Assembly (NCBI GenBank): GCA_946965045.2
Contig: OX337232.1
Location: 2,170,001-2,234,000, forward strand
DNA: 64,000 bases
Source: Epithemia pelagica
Taxonomy: Eukaryota > Protista > Bacillariophyta
Direction: 5' to 3'
This document shows, in pieces, positions 22,014-34,750 of this stretch (position 1 is the stretch's first letter; every line of letters begins with the position of its first letter). The notes below the pieces were generated by a model that saw nothing but the letters and a program-made list of their open reading frames with translations, did not search any database and was not told where the DNA came from. The position numbers were made by a program, and so were the translations under genes.

Positions 22014-23756
22014 TCCAATGGTGACGCCACGCCCAACAACAGTATTTTGAAGACTCACGTTGTCACCCAGAGTTACGCTATCGAGGAGAATAACATTGTT
22101 CAAGCGACACTTGTTGCCCAAAGTACACTTGCGCCCCACAACGGTGGACTTGAAGGTCACCTTTTCTCCAATTTGACTTTCTGGAAGAATCACTGAGTGA
22201 AATTTGTGTCTAATTGACGAGGTTGGAGGGAGCATTAAGAGATCGGATGACGACAGATCAGGAGAACCGTGCGGTGCAATGGCCAGAGCTCTCGAAACCA
22301 TTTCTCTGTTGACATAGATATATGCAGCTATGGTTGCGCTTCGAAACGCGGACTTTTGAATGTGAGCCTGAACTGAAAAAGGACGGTTGGCTTTTGTGTC
22401 TGCAGAAGTATTCGCCACAGATGCTGGACCAGAAGAATAATCAAAACTTTTCGGGGTTGTACCTGACGAAACACCTTCGGCTCCCATGAAATGCGACACA
22501 GGGGAGGTAAAGAGTCCAAAATCTGAAGTTGATTGTAGGCTTTTTAGTAACTCTTCAACGTGTGTCGGATCCATTTTGCTTCCAAACGCTTCTTGGATGC
22601 TTAAGAACTGACGAGATATCAGCAAAGGTAACAAGTCGTCTGCGAGTGATATCAACGATAGAGTCTTTTCCATTTGGTTCTCATCAGAACCTTTCCGAAC
22701 CACAATCAAACGCCTCACCCATGGTGATAGAACATATACATGCACGTCGGTCCAGTCCGTGCGAACCTTCGTTATACCCCCCAGACGGAGTCGCGGTTTT
22801 GGGAGAACCAATTTCGGCGTTGCCCCAGTCATGTCCTTGTCTTCTTCTGCTTCGAGTTTCGATTGCTTCCAAACGACACGAGGAGCTGTCCCTGCTGTTT
22901 TTGGATAAGAGAGAGCCACATATTCAATGTCATCTTCATCTCGAGCAAATCCGCCTTTCTTGAGTTTCGAAGATTCCTTCAAAGGAACACCGTTTTCATC
23001 TTGTTCTCCAACATCGCTCAGTAAAATGGTACAAGCCGCGGCTATTGATGATGATTGCGAGTGTCTGTGTGAATGAACTAGATCCATCAAGACTGACTGG
23101 GACTGGGACTGTGCATTGTTCCCCTCGAGAAGAACAAGGTCTCCAGGAAGCACAACAACATGAGCCTTCGGAGCGATTATCCCCAAAACTTCAATTTCAT
23201 TCAAGGCATCCACAGACCCTTGACAATCTTCTCCTAGGCGCACAAACGTCACATTCAACCGATCCGCAATGTTCAAGTGGAAGCAAATGGAAGCCGAAGA
23301 TAAATCCTGAGAGGGGTTCGGTCCCGATGGATGGGACGCTGGTCGCTCCGAAGAAGGTTGCGGGACAGATGAAGCATTCGCCGATCCGGGTGCTGAGCCT
23401 AGTGCCGCTGTAATGGTGTTCAACGGAGATGGAATGATTTGCTTCCATGATGTCTTTTTGTCTGTACTTTCGGCACGTTGTCGTTTGATCTCCTGCTTGA
23501 TAAACTCAATCGTATGCTGATCTTCGTGCGATATGGCGACAACGCATTCCACAAAACCAGAACTCTCCAGTTGATGAAGCAGTCGTTGGAGGATGGGTAA
23601 ACCTGCGACCTCAAGGAGATGTTTTGGAATACTGGAAGAGTCGGTCAAGGGGAACAGTCGTGTCCCTACTGTCGCCGCCAACACAACAGCCACAAATTCG
23701 TTGTGAGCGTTTTCGTAGACCGAAGCCCTACCGTTGTTGGTGGCTGGAGCTGTCAT
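21906..23756 (-). CDS. EIF2B3: Translation initiation factor eIF2B gamma subunit-like
   Basis: N-terminal pyrophosphorylase-like VAVVLAATVGTRLFPLT...IPKHLLEVAGLPIL, DVHVYVL, and C-terminal hexapeptide LbH repeats (VGRKCTLGNKCRLNNVILLDSVTLGDNV). Likely ATG 23756. Confidence 0.85.
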   Translation of the reverse strand: MTAPATNNGRASVYENAHNEFVAVVLAATVGTRLFPLTDSSSIPKHLLEVAGLPILQRLLHQLESSGFVECVVAISHEDQHTIEFIKQEIKRQRAESTDKKTSWKQIIPSPLNTITAALGSAPGSANASSVPQPSSERPASHPSGPNPSQDLSSASICFHLNIADRLNVTFVRLGEDCQGSVDALNEIEVLGIIAPKAHVVVLPGDLVLLEGNNAQSQSQSVLMDLVHSHRHSQSSSIAAACTILLSDVGEQDENGVPLKESSKLKKGGFARDEDDIEYVALSYPKTAGTAPRVVWKQSKLEAEEDKDMTGATPKLVLPKPRLRLGGITKVRTDWTDVHVYVLSPWVRRLIVVRKGSDENQMEKTLSLISLADDLLPLLISRQFLSIQEAFGSKMDPTHVEELLKSLQSTSDFGLFTSPVSHFMGAEGVSSGTTPKSFDYSSGPASVANTSADTKANRPFSVQAHIQKSAFRSATIAAYIYVNREMVSRALAIAPHGSPDLSSSDLLMLPPTSSIRHKFHSVILPESQIGEKVTFKSTVVGRKCTLGNKCRLNNVILLDSVTLGDNVSLQNTVVGRGVTIGDNCSLNDCQVAPGKVIPSGTKAKSEAFSDDAEYEG

Positions 23757-24093
23757 GGTTGTCTTCTGTCTTCTAACAGTCGATTTGGTTAGACGACAGC
23801 GATTCAAAGAGATGATGTTGTTTGTTGTCTCTTTAGTTGTTTGCGCAACACAAAAAAGATCGAGGAAACACGTCTGGTTTCAAGGGTGTCAATCGCGCAT
23901 TTTATGTGTGGTGGGTGGTGGGGGTTCAGGTTGAGATCGGTACTCCTAAAAGGTTAGTATCAATGACTACCTGATCGCGTGCTCTAGTAATTCGACTTTC
24001 AAAAGAGGTTCAAGCGTTCAAACAATGATAAAAGCACAATTACATTAACCTCACCTTTTCTTCTACGTGTTCATTCATGAGTCCTACCTAGTT

Positions 24094-26160
24094 TTATCTC
24101 TCACCTTCCTTTTGCATTCGTAGTGCAAAGTAGGCCAAGAGTCGTGGCACAAAGCAAATGACTAGCAGCATTCCCACATTGAATCCCAAACTTCCTTGAA
24201 TTTCCAAAAAGTCCTGGACATCCTCCGAGGAAACAGATCCTGTATCGGAACCACTACACAGTTCTTCCAACCCACCACTTCCGTCACAGGGAACATCCCG
24301 ACGAAAGATAACCTGCAGGGCCGAGTCGAAGGAATACTTGAAAGGAGAAAGGTACTTGGCCCAGTCGATCCATTCCGGTGGACTTTCGGCGAAGAAACCA
24401 CCGAGAAGCATGAGGAAAAGAGCCCCAACAGTCATTACAGTAATAGCCTTTTGGAAATCGTAGATGGAAGCTCCAATGGCCAATCCAATGGCCTCGCCGG
24501 CCACGACACTCAGCAGTGAACATCCAATGGACCCGATAAATGTCAAAAATCGATTGTCCATACCTGCCATCCAGTACGATACGACCATGTATATCAACGG
24601 CAACAAAATGCGAACAGGCATGTCGCTCGTCGTCTTGGCCAAAAAGTACGCACTCAAATGATAGGACCCAGAGGAGCGTTCCTTCATGATGACCGTACGT
24701 TCTTCGGGGAAAGCAACCAACGCCGTAAACATGGCGTCAAATACCCAAAACGTCATGGTGAAAAAGAAATACGATCGAATGTCTGACACGTTGGCTTCGG
24801 TGTAGTCCGTTTGCCAATAGATCATTCCAGAAACAAGGCCAAGGCCCAAGGATTTGATAACATTGAGTGGGGTGAGGATTGCACTCCGGCTGTTCTTGAG
24901 GGCACGATGAGTCAGAATTCGATATTGAGTGAACCAACTGCTGTTGTACTTGCTGGTTTTGCTGGCCATGTTATCGAGTTGTGCGTTGTGGGCCGACGAA
25001 TCCAACGCCCTGTCTTCTGGGACGGTCTCTATCGATGCTTGATCCAGCTGCTGCGCAATTGATTCGCCATCCCATGACTTTTGCAGTTTAACATGAGTGG
25101 ATGCATCCGCATACTTGGAACCATTAAATTGAGCTCGCAAGCTTTTCTGAGATGGTTCGGCGTTGTTCTCCTCGTCGTCGCCATGCTGTTCTGCTTCCTC
25201 TGGACTGTGGTCAACCACCAAAAGGTCCATCCAATGATCAGCCGCATTGTATCCATCCGGACAAGCCAAGTCCAGTTGCCTCAAATAAGGCAAGGAATCA
25301 ATTGGTGTTCCAAAATACACCACGTATCCATCGGAAAGCATAATCAATCTGTCGAAGGAGCGAAAGACGGCTGAGCTGGGTTGATGGATACTGGTAATCA
25401 CCGTTTTGCCTTGATCTCTGGCGTATCCTTGCAGAAGTTGAATGAGAGAAACAGCCGTAGTCGAGTCCAACCCAGACGTTGGTTCATCCAACAACAAGAC
25501 ATCGGGGTCAGTCAAGAGTTCAGTTCCGATATTGACACGCTTCTTTTCTCCACCCGAAATCATCATGATTGGAGAGTCCGCAACCTTGCTTAGTCGCAAC
25601 AGACGGACAAGTTTGTCCACCTCTTGATGCTTCTCCAAGGTCGACGAAGTGGAGGGCATGCGAAGCAAGGCTGTGTAGGTAAACTGATCGCGAACCGACA
25701 AGTGATTAAAGAAAATATCAGCCTGTTTGACGTAGGCAACCTTGGTCATGAGGCGCTTCATGGACCTTGCCGTTGTGGGTTCACCGTTAATCGAGATGAC
25801 ACCTCCTTGGTAGGTGCTTCGACCGGACAAGACGTTCATCAAACTGGTTTTGCCAGCTCCGCTGGGGCCCATGCAGGCCAAGACTTCTCCAGGAGCTGCA
25901 AATCCAGACACTTCGTTCAAAATCTTTTTCGTAGTGGTACGTTCGGTCATTGATTGTCGTCCACTCTTGTCATGAAAAGACATGGAAATGGACGATCGGC
26001 CCATGAGACCACCGGTTCCGTCCTTCACCGAAACTGTCTTGGTCAAACGACTCCATCTTAGAAACAGGCCCTTCTTACCTCCTGTCGTTTCAGCGACAGT
26101 ATCGTCAATCTCGAGATCTTCTTGCATGTTAACGTCGTTACGAAGCTCTTGTGGTCCCAT
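24094..26160 (-). CDS. ABCG (White-family) half transporter
   Basis: Walker A GPSGAGKT, signature ISGGEKKR, Walker B LLLDEPTSGLDS, SIHQP H-loop, C-terminal TM domain with ERSSGSY. Confidence 0.95.
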   Translation of the reverse strand: MGPQELRNDVNMQEDLEIDDTVAETTGGKKGLFLRWSRLTKTVSVKDGTGGLMGRSSISMSFHDKSGRQSMTERTTTKKILNEVSGFAAPGEVLACMGPSGAGKTSLMNVLSGRSTYQGGVISINGEPTTARSMKRLMTKVAYVKQADIFFNHLSVRDQFTYTALLRMPSTSSTLEKHQEVDKLVRLLRLSKVADSPIMMISGGEKKRVNIGTELLTDPDVLLLDEPTSGLDSTTAVSLIQLLQGYARDQGKTVITSIHQPSSAVFRSFDRLIMLSDGYVVYFGTPIDSLPYLRQLDLACPDGYNAADHWMDLLVVDHSPEEAEQHGDDEENNAEPSQKSLRAQFNGSKYADASTHVKLQKSWDGESIAQQLDQASIETVPEDRALDSSAHNAQLDNMASKTSKYNSSWFTQYRILTHRALKNSRSAILTPLNVIKSLGLGLVSGMIYWQTDYTEANVSDIRSYFFFTMTFWVFDAMFTALVAFPEERTVIMKERSSGSYHLSAYFLAKTTSDMPVRILLPLIYMVVSYWMAGMDNRFLTFIGSIGCSLLSVVAGEAIGLAIGASIYDFQKAITVMTVGALFLMLLGGFFAESPPEWIDWAKYLSPFKYSFDSALQVIFRRDVPCDGSGGLEELCSGSDTGSVSSEDVQDFLEIQGSLGFNVGMLLVICFVPRLLAYFALRMQKEGER

Positions 26161-26277
26161 GCCTTAATCTTGTTTTACGTTGTATGGATGCTGGCAATGT
26201 CCAATGTCAGAATTTTTTAATGTTGGTCGAAATGGAGAAGAAAAAGAGAAGAACAACGTCGAAGCTGGAAATCCCAC

Positions 26278-26723
26278 ATCCCACATCCCACATCAGCAAA
26301 CCCGCACACACGCAAAACACACACATCATCGACTGTAATTATCGCGTATTGCAGTTTTTACGTCCGTCATTATTTACAAGTAATGTACGCGGTAGTTGTA
26401 CAGCGAGCCAGCGAATCCACAAACAACTGCGCTGGAGATTCGGAGATGTGGGACTGATTCAGACATGCGGATGGGTGATGGTTGATGGTGATTGGTGATG
26501 GATCCCACATCCCACATCAGCAAACCCGCACACACGCAAAACACACACATCATCGACTGTAATTATCGCGTATTGCAGTTTTTACGTCCGTCGTTATTTA
26601 TAAGTAATGTACGCGGTAGTTGTACAGCGAGCCAGCGAATCCACAAATAACTGCGCTGGAGATTCGGAGATGTACTGATTCAGACATGCGGATGGGTGAT
26701 GGTTGATGGTGATTGGTGATGGA
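26278..26723. repeat. ~224-bp near-identical tandem duplication in the divergent ABCG/ALG11 intergenic region
   Basis: atcccacatcccacatcagcaaacccgc... starts at 26278 and 26502; both copies end ...gattggtgatgga. Confidence 0.95.
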
Positions 26724-26898
26724 CCCGATGTCGCTCTACGTGAAAATTACGTACAAATCCTACCAAGCGCAACATTACAATGGTCTACCAAGAAATAGAA
26801 ATGCGCTGGGGAGTAAATGTCGACCTATATGCGACTCATGAGCGTTCAACACTATTTATATCTTTCCCACCAAAAAAACTTTTTCCCCTCCATCGGTC

Positions 26899-28602
26899 AT
26901 GACAATGGCGGCTACGACGGTAGACAATCCTGTGTCTCGACTAGCTACTATCGTCTTGTCCTCTACTGTAGCAGCTATTTGCATCTTGGTTGTTGTATTT
27001 GTGCTGATATGTCGAATTCGGGCCCAGTACTCACGATGGCAACGACGTCGAGTTGTCATTCCGTCACGGCGGCAAGCAGGACGAGAGCGAGAACAAGGCC
27101 CGTTGACGGTGGCATTTTTTCATCCGTATTGTTCTTCCGGTGGAGGAGGGGAGCGAGTGCTCTGGAAAATGGTCCAAGTTCTCATGAATCATCGAATCGG
27201 ACACCTCGACGGTAAACCATCTTCCCATCGAATAAAGGCGCAACTCGAACGACCACTTCATATCATTATTTATACCATTGATCCACCCTCCTCGACCTAC
27301 AAAAAAGGTGTGTAATCATTTTCAACGAGGAGGACAATGTCGGCAATGGTCTTCAGTTCTGACTCTTTGGGCACGAATTATTGTGCTTTTTGCTTAGACC
27401 TTTTGAAGCATGTCAAGGATCGATTTGCGATTGACTTGACAGCTCCAACAGAGCAACAAAAAGACACGACAACGCCTGGCCCCCTCTTGAATTTCGTTCA
27501 TTTGCATGAATACAAGCATTTCTTACTTCCATCATCGCGTCTTAGTCTCTTGGTGGAATCGTTGCGGACCATGCGACTGGCATGGAAGGCCTTGACCTAT
27601 AGTTGGGAGTTAATGCCGGATATCTTTGTCGATACGACTGGGTACGCCTTTTCCTATCTGATTGTCAATTTGTGCTTTGGATGTCGTGTCTGGGCCTATG
27701 TCCACTATCCCACCATTAGTACGGACATGTTGCAGTTGGTTTGGGAACAACGTCGGGCCGCCTACAATCATGCCTCCTACATTGCGCAGAGCAAAGTGGC
27801 CACATACGCCAAATTGGCCTACTACTGTGGCTTTGCCTTTCTCTATGGCATTGCAGGAAGCATGGCCCATGTCGTGCTAGTCAATTCCACGTGGACGTGC
27901 AATCATGTAGCATCCTTGTGGAGATTGGCCTCTTGGCAATCTCGTATTGAAATTATGTACCCTCCCTGTCGTCAGGAATCAACACTGTCAATCAGCAATA
28001 TATCACGGCAAAATGTCATTCTATCGATTGGGCAGTTCCGTCCCGAAAAGGACCATGTCTTGCAAATTGAAGCCTTGGCGAACTTTCACAAACGTTTTCC
28101 ACAATGGAAGGGCAAAGTCAAACTGGTATTGCTGGGAAGTTGTCGCGGAGCTCAGGATCAAGAACGACTCGAACATTTGCAAAGGTTGGCAACGGACACT
28201 TATGGCCTCACAGACAAGGACGTGGAGTTTGTTGTCAATCAACCTTATTCAGTTGTCCAGGAGTGGCTTCCCAAAGCCAGCATAGGGATTCATACCATGT
28301 GGAACGAACATTTTGGCATTGGAGTCGTGGAAATGATGGCCGCTGGCTTGATAATGGTGGCACACAATTCAGGAGGACCCAAATCGGATATTGTTACCGT
28401 ATCCACAGACAAGGAACGTACGGGATTTTTGGCGAGTACGGCGGAGGAATATGCGGATGCCATTCATCAAATTCTGACCATGGATCCGGAACAAGTGGAA
28501 CAGATTCGTGCGAGGGCACAGCAATCGGCCCTTCGGTTTACAGATACAGTGTTTGCCGACAAAATGGAACGTATATTTTCGGTCCGTCTCGATCCAAAGT
28601 GA
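26899..28602 (+). CDS. ALG11: ALG11 alpha-1,2-mannosyltransferase; intron 27308-27397
   Basis: [70 protein letters not shown] and [11 protein letters not shown]. Confidence 0.96.
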
Positions 28603-28893
28603 TACGATGAGTCATGAACGACAATGGCGATCAAAATTCTTCATCCACGTACAGTGACTGGCCAGTGTTGGTTGTTTCCCATGCTCACAAGTGGTCGTTC
28701 GACAAAGAACAGACAAAACCCTCTTGGTTTTGGCATAGGAATGGAAACGTGCCTCCGGGTGAGACTACGCAAGGTTCATCATTTGTGCTTGCGAGTGAGA
28801 GCGGCGAACAATCTCTTCTTGATCGGAACGCGCAACAGGTACTGATGGGCGTGTCATTGCTTCCTGTTTTCAGACCTTATCCATTGATGGTAT

Positions 28894-29384
28894 GTATCCA
28901 TGCTTTAGCTAAGGTCATTCATGGCCATGATGTCACCTATGCTATAACACGGTCACATAAAGTATTCGGTATGTTGGAGCCATTGTAAGAAATGGTATTG
29001 AAGGTTTCTTGACCAGTATCTTCCAGTCCTGCTGTTGCTTGGCGGACATACGATTACGTATCCATGCTTTAGCTAAGGTCATTCATGGCCATGATATCAC
29101 CTATGCTATAACACGGTCACATAAAGTATTCGGTATGTTGGAGCCATTGTAAGAAATGGTATTAAAGGTTTCTTGACCAGTATCTTCCAGTCCTGCTGTT
29201 GCTTGGCGGACATACGATTACGTATCCATGCTTTAGCTAAGGTCATTCATGGCCATGATATCACCTATGCTATAACACGGTCACATAAAGTATTCGGTAT
29301 GTTGGAGCCATTGTAAGAATGGTATTAAAGGTTTCTTGACCAGTATCTTCCAGTCCTGCTGTTGCTTGGCGGACATACGATTAC
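28894..29384. repeat. Three head-to-tail copies of a 164-bp unit
   Basis: gtatccatgctttagctaagg...ggacatacgattac begins at 28894, 29058 and 29222, with only a few differences; the third copy lacks one A. Confidence 0.97.
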
Positions 29385-29686
29385 GACAACCGGACACACT
29401 TCAGCAAGATACCCTACCTGATCTGCCAACCGTAGCAGTCGCCGTAATGGCACTTGGTTTAGAGTTCCATGCAGTGAACATGATTTGTTTCACCAATAGA
29501 GATTTGTTTCATCAGCAGATTTCTAGGTATTTAATGAATACAATGTAACAATTATAAACAAAGCGACGACTTTTTCTTCGTCCGTACGGTCACCCAAAGA
29601 GACTTGTGTGTGTGTGTGTGTGGAATTTTCGTCCAGTAGCATGCATGGATCGATCCAAGGCGTTGTAGTCAAAGGTTGAACTACTC

Positions 29687-31526
29687 CTAAATGTTTTTCA
29701 TTGGATCATCTGGAGTTGGTTCCTCCAGATCCTCCCCCTGTTCATCCTCATTGATTTCGTCCTCAAACGATGGATGCTCCACGGTTGCCGCCACGTTGTT
29801 GTTGGTGGCGCTCCGTCGTTTCCTTAAGGTTTCTTCCTTTTTTTGTTGGTAGGCTGTCACGTATTTGGGGTTGACCACATCTTCCCCATGAATCAGGGCC
29901 AGTCCTCCATGATAACTCGTATCCAACCCTACAATCTCTTCAAGGGGGTCGGATCGGAACCATCCTTTCCAGTCCAACCACACAAAGAAGGGAATCATAA
30001 TGACACATACCCATCCGACAATGAATAAGAGGCCCGTTAATTGTGTCCCCAACAATCGGGCATCCGAATTGCCATTTCTCCACGAATAAAAGAGACCAGG
30101 GTGGTCACTCCGGCCAAAGGCCTGTTCGAGTTGCCGTGGTGAGGCAAAGAGTCCGACTGCTACAATGCCCCAAATCCCACTCATCAAATGAACTGGAATG
30201 GCATCCACTGCATCGTCAATCCGAAACCGTACCAATCCTCGGCTGCCGAGGAGGTAAATGACACCCGATACCATACCGATAATGACAGCCGCAAAGGGTT
30301 CCACCACACCACATCCTGCGGTAATAGACACCAATCCACACAAGACTCCATTCATGGCATATTTCAAATCAAAATAGGCTTCTCCCGTCATGCGTTCCAA
30401 GACAAACAGGTTGAGAAAGAGAGCCACAATGCCACCTCCACCTGCCGCCAACGTGGAGTTGACTCCGGCCAGAGCAGCCACATCGGCTGCATTCGGACTA
30501 TCCAATAGCAGTGCTGAACCTGAGTTGAATCCGTACCATCCAAACCAAAGAATAAAGGTTCCCAACATCTAGAAACACAAACAACAGTCCAGAAACGGAA
30601 ATAAGCCTGTGAGAACAACTTTTCACTTGAACATGCACAAGCAAGTTCCACAAAAGTTCTGCAAGCCATATTCCCACCTGTAATGCCATGGAATGTCCTG
30701 GAAATTCGATTGGTTTATCAAGGCGTCTTCCCATATCATCGTGAAATCGGCCTCGCCGTGGTCCGAGAATAATGGCGGCAAAGAGGGCTGTGATTCCCCC
30801 CGTGACATGAACAACGCCCGATCCAGCAAAATCAATAACCCCCACACCCCACAAGGGATCGATGGAATAGGCCGACAAAAATCCATTGGGAGACCAGACA
30901 GAATGGGCCACTACTGGATAAACCCATCCCGTCAACATGAGCGAATAACACAGATAGGCAGCCATTTGACAACGTTCGGCCAGTGTCCCCGCCACAATGG
31001 TGGCACTGGCTGCCGAAAAGGCATATTGAAAGAGGAAAATGGCCAAGTCATCTTCGTCCATTAAAAAGAAATTCGATGTCCCAATAAAGGTTTTGGTGGC
31101 CGAGGTGGGATCGTCTCCTCCAAAGGCAAAGGCATAGCCCACACAGAAAAACGCCAAGGCAGCGCCACAGGCATCCAGCAAGTTTTTGAGCATGGCATTT
31201 TGCACATTTTTCCGACGGACGGCACCGGCACAGACCATGGCAAAGCCCGCTTGCATAAAGAACACCAGAGCCGCGGCATAGACGAGAAGAACGGTGCGTG
31301 AATACACTTGCGATCGTTCCGCCAGGATTTGGCTGACACATTGTAAAATCGTGTCGGTATCAGCGTCGGCACCTTTGGTTTCACGGCAATAGCCATAGGG
31401 ATCCTTTACGGCATGCATGGTGATTCCGCTGCTCGTCCTTTCAATTTCTCCTCGATGGACCATGAACGAGAAACGACGAGGAACATTCGCATGGTCGTGG
31501 GAGAAGGTCTCCTGATCTACAACCAT
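29687..31526 (-). CDS. AMT1: Ammonium transporter (AMT1-type); intron 30569-30677; start codon uncertain
   Basis: FFMQAGFAMVCAG, FLFQYAF, AERC, DFAGSGVVH, LWFGWYGFN, DDAVDAIPVHL. Both conserved His residues and the Phe gate are present. Confidence 0.95.
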
Positions 31527-32064
31527 GACTCTAAGATCTCCAATTCTTCTAAATGATACCGTAGTAACAGGAAGTGGGTGAAGGCTAGGGCGTATGCATG
31601 AAACCAGTGACCAAGAGCCAAAAGTCGAACCGAAAAGTAATGGCAACAAGCAATTAACTTTTCGGATTTCGGATGTCTTTTTCCAATTCCGTTGTCTTCA
31701 AAACGACATGAATTTTCCTACTTAAAACAGGACTGTAGCTAACTGTACAATCTCAGAAACCATCGGCGAAACAGAATCACACTCATGTTCCATGATCATT
31801 CCTTACTTAACCAGGGATGGCCCGGTCAGCTGTCCAAATCACGATCAAGATCAAACCACATAGTTATTTAACAAAGATGTCTTTTCTCAGTCCCTCCAAG
31901 ACTGGACGTCTGTCCATGGTCGAACAGTGTGCTTGCCTTCATTTTTTTCGGCATCAGAAACCGTGCGCGGCAATGACGAAAGGTTGCTGACTCGCTCTAC
32001 GCAGAAGACCAAACTCTCGTTTCAACGATACGCGCCTGGACCGACGAACACTTTTCCTACCAGC

Positions 32065-34284
32065 ATGCCGTCAGATTCCCTTGCATCGCGAAGGAGGAGT
32101 TCTCGATTGAGTTCAAGCGGACCCGCGCAAAGTCCATCCACCAAGACGATAGTTATCGCGTCCCCAAGGACAACGAAATCCCCCCGACAACAAAGCCCGA
32201 ACCGACGACGAACGACTACTCGTCACCAACGGACTTTACAAGGGACGGAACCCGACAAGGATATCCATGAGGAATCATCGGTGAATAGCAATGACCCGGA
32301 CGACGACGACGACGACGAGCAAGAAGAGTCGTACGAGTTTGATGGTGTCAAGTTTTCCACCTACCAAGAAATGGTCAATGCCAAACGACAACGCAATCAA
32401 CAAATGCTCGCCCAGTCTGGTTTGTTGGACATTGCCTTGTCCTCCAATCGGCAAGAGAAACCTGGCATTACCGCAAAGAACAAGAAGAAGAAGAGGACAC
32501 AACCACAGCGCACCTCCTCACGCAAATCCAAACGACTGTCGGGCGAACAAGCCGATGGCATGTATATTGAAGACGAACGGGGCGGCCGCTTTTCGTTTGG
32601 TAGCACTAGTGGAACAGTGGAGCCTCACAAGGAATCTGAGGGAAACACCAAGCCGGAGAAGGAGGAGGATGACTTTTATGGTCATCGCATCAATGATGGA
32701 TCGGACCTTACCGTGGCACAAGCAGTGAACAATATTGGACCGAAATGGCTGGACGATGACGAGGACGATGTTGCTAAAACCATTTTGCAGGCCCAACAAT
32801 TCTTTCAAACTATCCAACGACCGACCACTTCAAAGATCCAAAACACCAAAGATGAGACCAGTCCGAAATCCGTAGTCTCTTCCTTGGTCCCCACCGCCAG
32901 CAACAAAACGATCTCCAATAGTGCTTTGCTAGGTCCTCAATTGGACCGAATGTCCGTAGGAGGTGCCACGGATTTGGAAAGCCATGCCGCCACGAACGCC
33001 ACGGTCAAGATGGTACCAGATCGTGTCTACAGCATTGCGACTCATCCATCCTCTGACCGAATCCTGGTTTGTGCGGGGGACAAACAAGGCTATCTGGGCA
33101 TTTGGGATGCCACCTCTCGCGAACGACGCTTTGTGGATCCCACCACTTCCAGCTCGGACAGCATCCTGGCTGAATCCAAACAAGACGTGTCCGATGCACA
33201 GGCCACGAGCGAGGACGAATCGACCCTTCATTTGTTTCGGTTCCATACCCGTCCCGTGACGTCGATTGCATGGACGGGAGGTGGGAATTCCATGCTGACA
33301 ACGTCCTATGACAGCACCTGTCGCATGTGGAATGTGGAACGGCAATCCTTTGCACAAGTCTTTGCAGCCTACGACGACGATTCCCAACATGCCCACCATG
33401 CCGGCCATGGCCTGGACACGGGTGGACGCGACTTTTGGTTTCAGTCCTCGTGCATCGACCATCGCTGCAGCCAAGATGACGTTGCCATGTTTGTTACTAC
33501 CTCGATAGGAACCGTGATGCATGTGGATTTGCGTGCGCGTACCTGTCTCAATTGGAATGAACAATTGTCGGAGAAAAAGATCAACACCGTAAGGTAAGAA
33601 ATACATCCCAATGATCGTTGTGGTCTATGGAGTTGTTGGAGTTTGACTGTGGTCCTAACACACACATGGGGTGGTGAACATGTTTGTACATGCAGTCTTC
33701 ATCCGAATGGTTATTCCTTTATATCCAGCGGACTGGACTGCTGTGTCAAGCTCTGGGACCTGCGAAACCTGGGAGGATCCAAGGGCTCGGCTCGAAAATC
33801 GCAATCCATTCCCAAACCGATTGCCGAATACAATGGCATCAAGTCCATCAACAGCGCGTATTTTTCAAGTGTCACAGGACAGCATGTTTTGACCACGACG
33901 ATGCACAATCGTCTCGAAGTCCTCCAGGACTTTCATCTAACCTCGTCGGTTTCCACCACCAAATCAACCACCATAAGAGGAAAGAGTGGCAATCAGGCTT
34001 CTCAGAGCCTCCATAAAAGTTTTCCACATGACAATTGCACGGGGCGGTGGTTGTGTACCTTCATGGCTCGATGGCATCCCTCCATTGATGACTTGTTTTG
34101 TGTGGGAAGCATGGAAAAGCCACGCAATGCACACATTTACAACACGGAACGACGACTGCGGGCCATTCCTGGTTTGTCCGCCGTGGTTAGCCGCTGCTGC
34201 TTTCACCCGTCCACACATGAGTTGATCTTGGTTGGTGGCAACTCGAGTGGACGCGTGACTCTGATGCGGGAGCAACCACACTAA
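32065..34284 (+). CDS. WDR76: WD40 protein, CMR1/WDR76 family; intron 33594-33695
   Basis: YQEMVNAKRQRNQQMLAQSGL N-terminal motif; VPDRVYSIATHP...AGDKQGYLGIW; SYDSTCRMW; KKINTV|SLHP; HDNCTGRWLCTFMARW. Confidence 0.85.
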
Positions 34285-34750
34285 AATGTCTAGCGGGCTG
34301 TACGTAAGGACCAGCAATCTGTCGTGGTGTCTCTTGCTTTGGTTTTAAGCGTTTTTGTTCGCATTGTTCGGCATTGTTCTTGGGCAGTCATGAGTTAAGA
34401 TTGCAACTTCACTCAATACAAAGGCATTCTCTGATCATGCCAGACCTGTTAATACTGTGTGAAGAGGAAAATCTACCCACAACCCAAACGCAATGGCTTC
34501 AAATTGCCCTAATTTGAAAGGCAAACATGAGACTCCTTTCCCAAACAATTTCCTTCCGGGGAACAATAATCGATGCTGGTTACCGGGATAGATATCGTTA
34601 TTCCTACTACTACTTCATGCCTATTTTCATATGCAAAACCATTCATGGATATTTTGTGCGACTGATCTTCAGCCGGACAGGGGAGGCGCGTTGATTTCTT
34701 GACTGACAAAACGGGCGATGTTGGAAGACTTTCTTGTTTGAGAACTGACG

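Noticed and set aside
28894-29384. CRISPR-like array
   Set aside because: Units are 164 bp, head-to-tail with no unique spacers; no cas genes; eukaryotic context.
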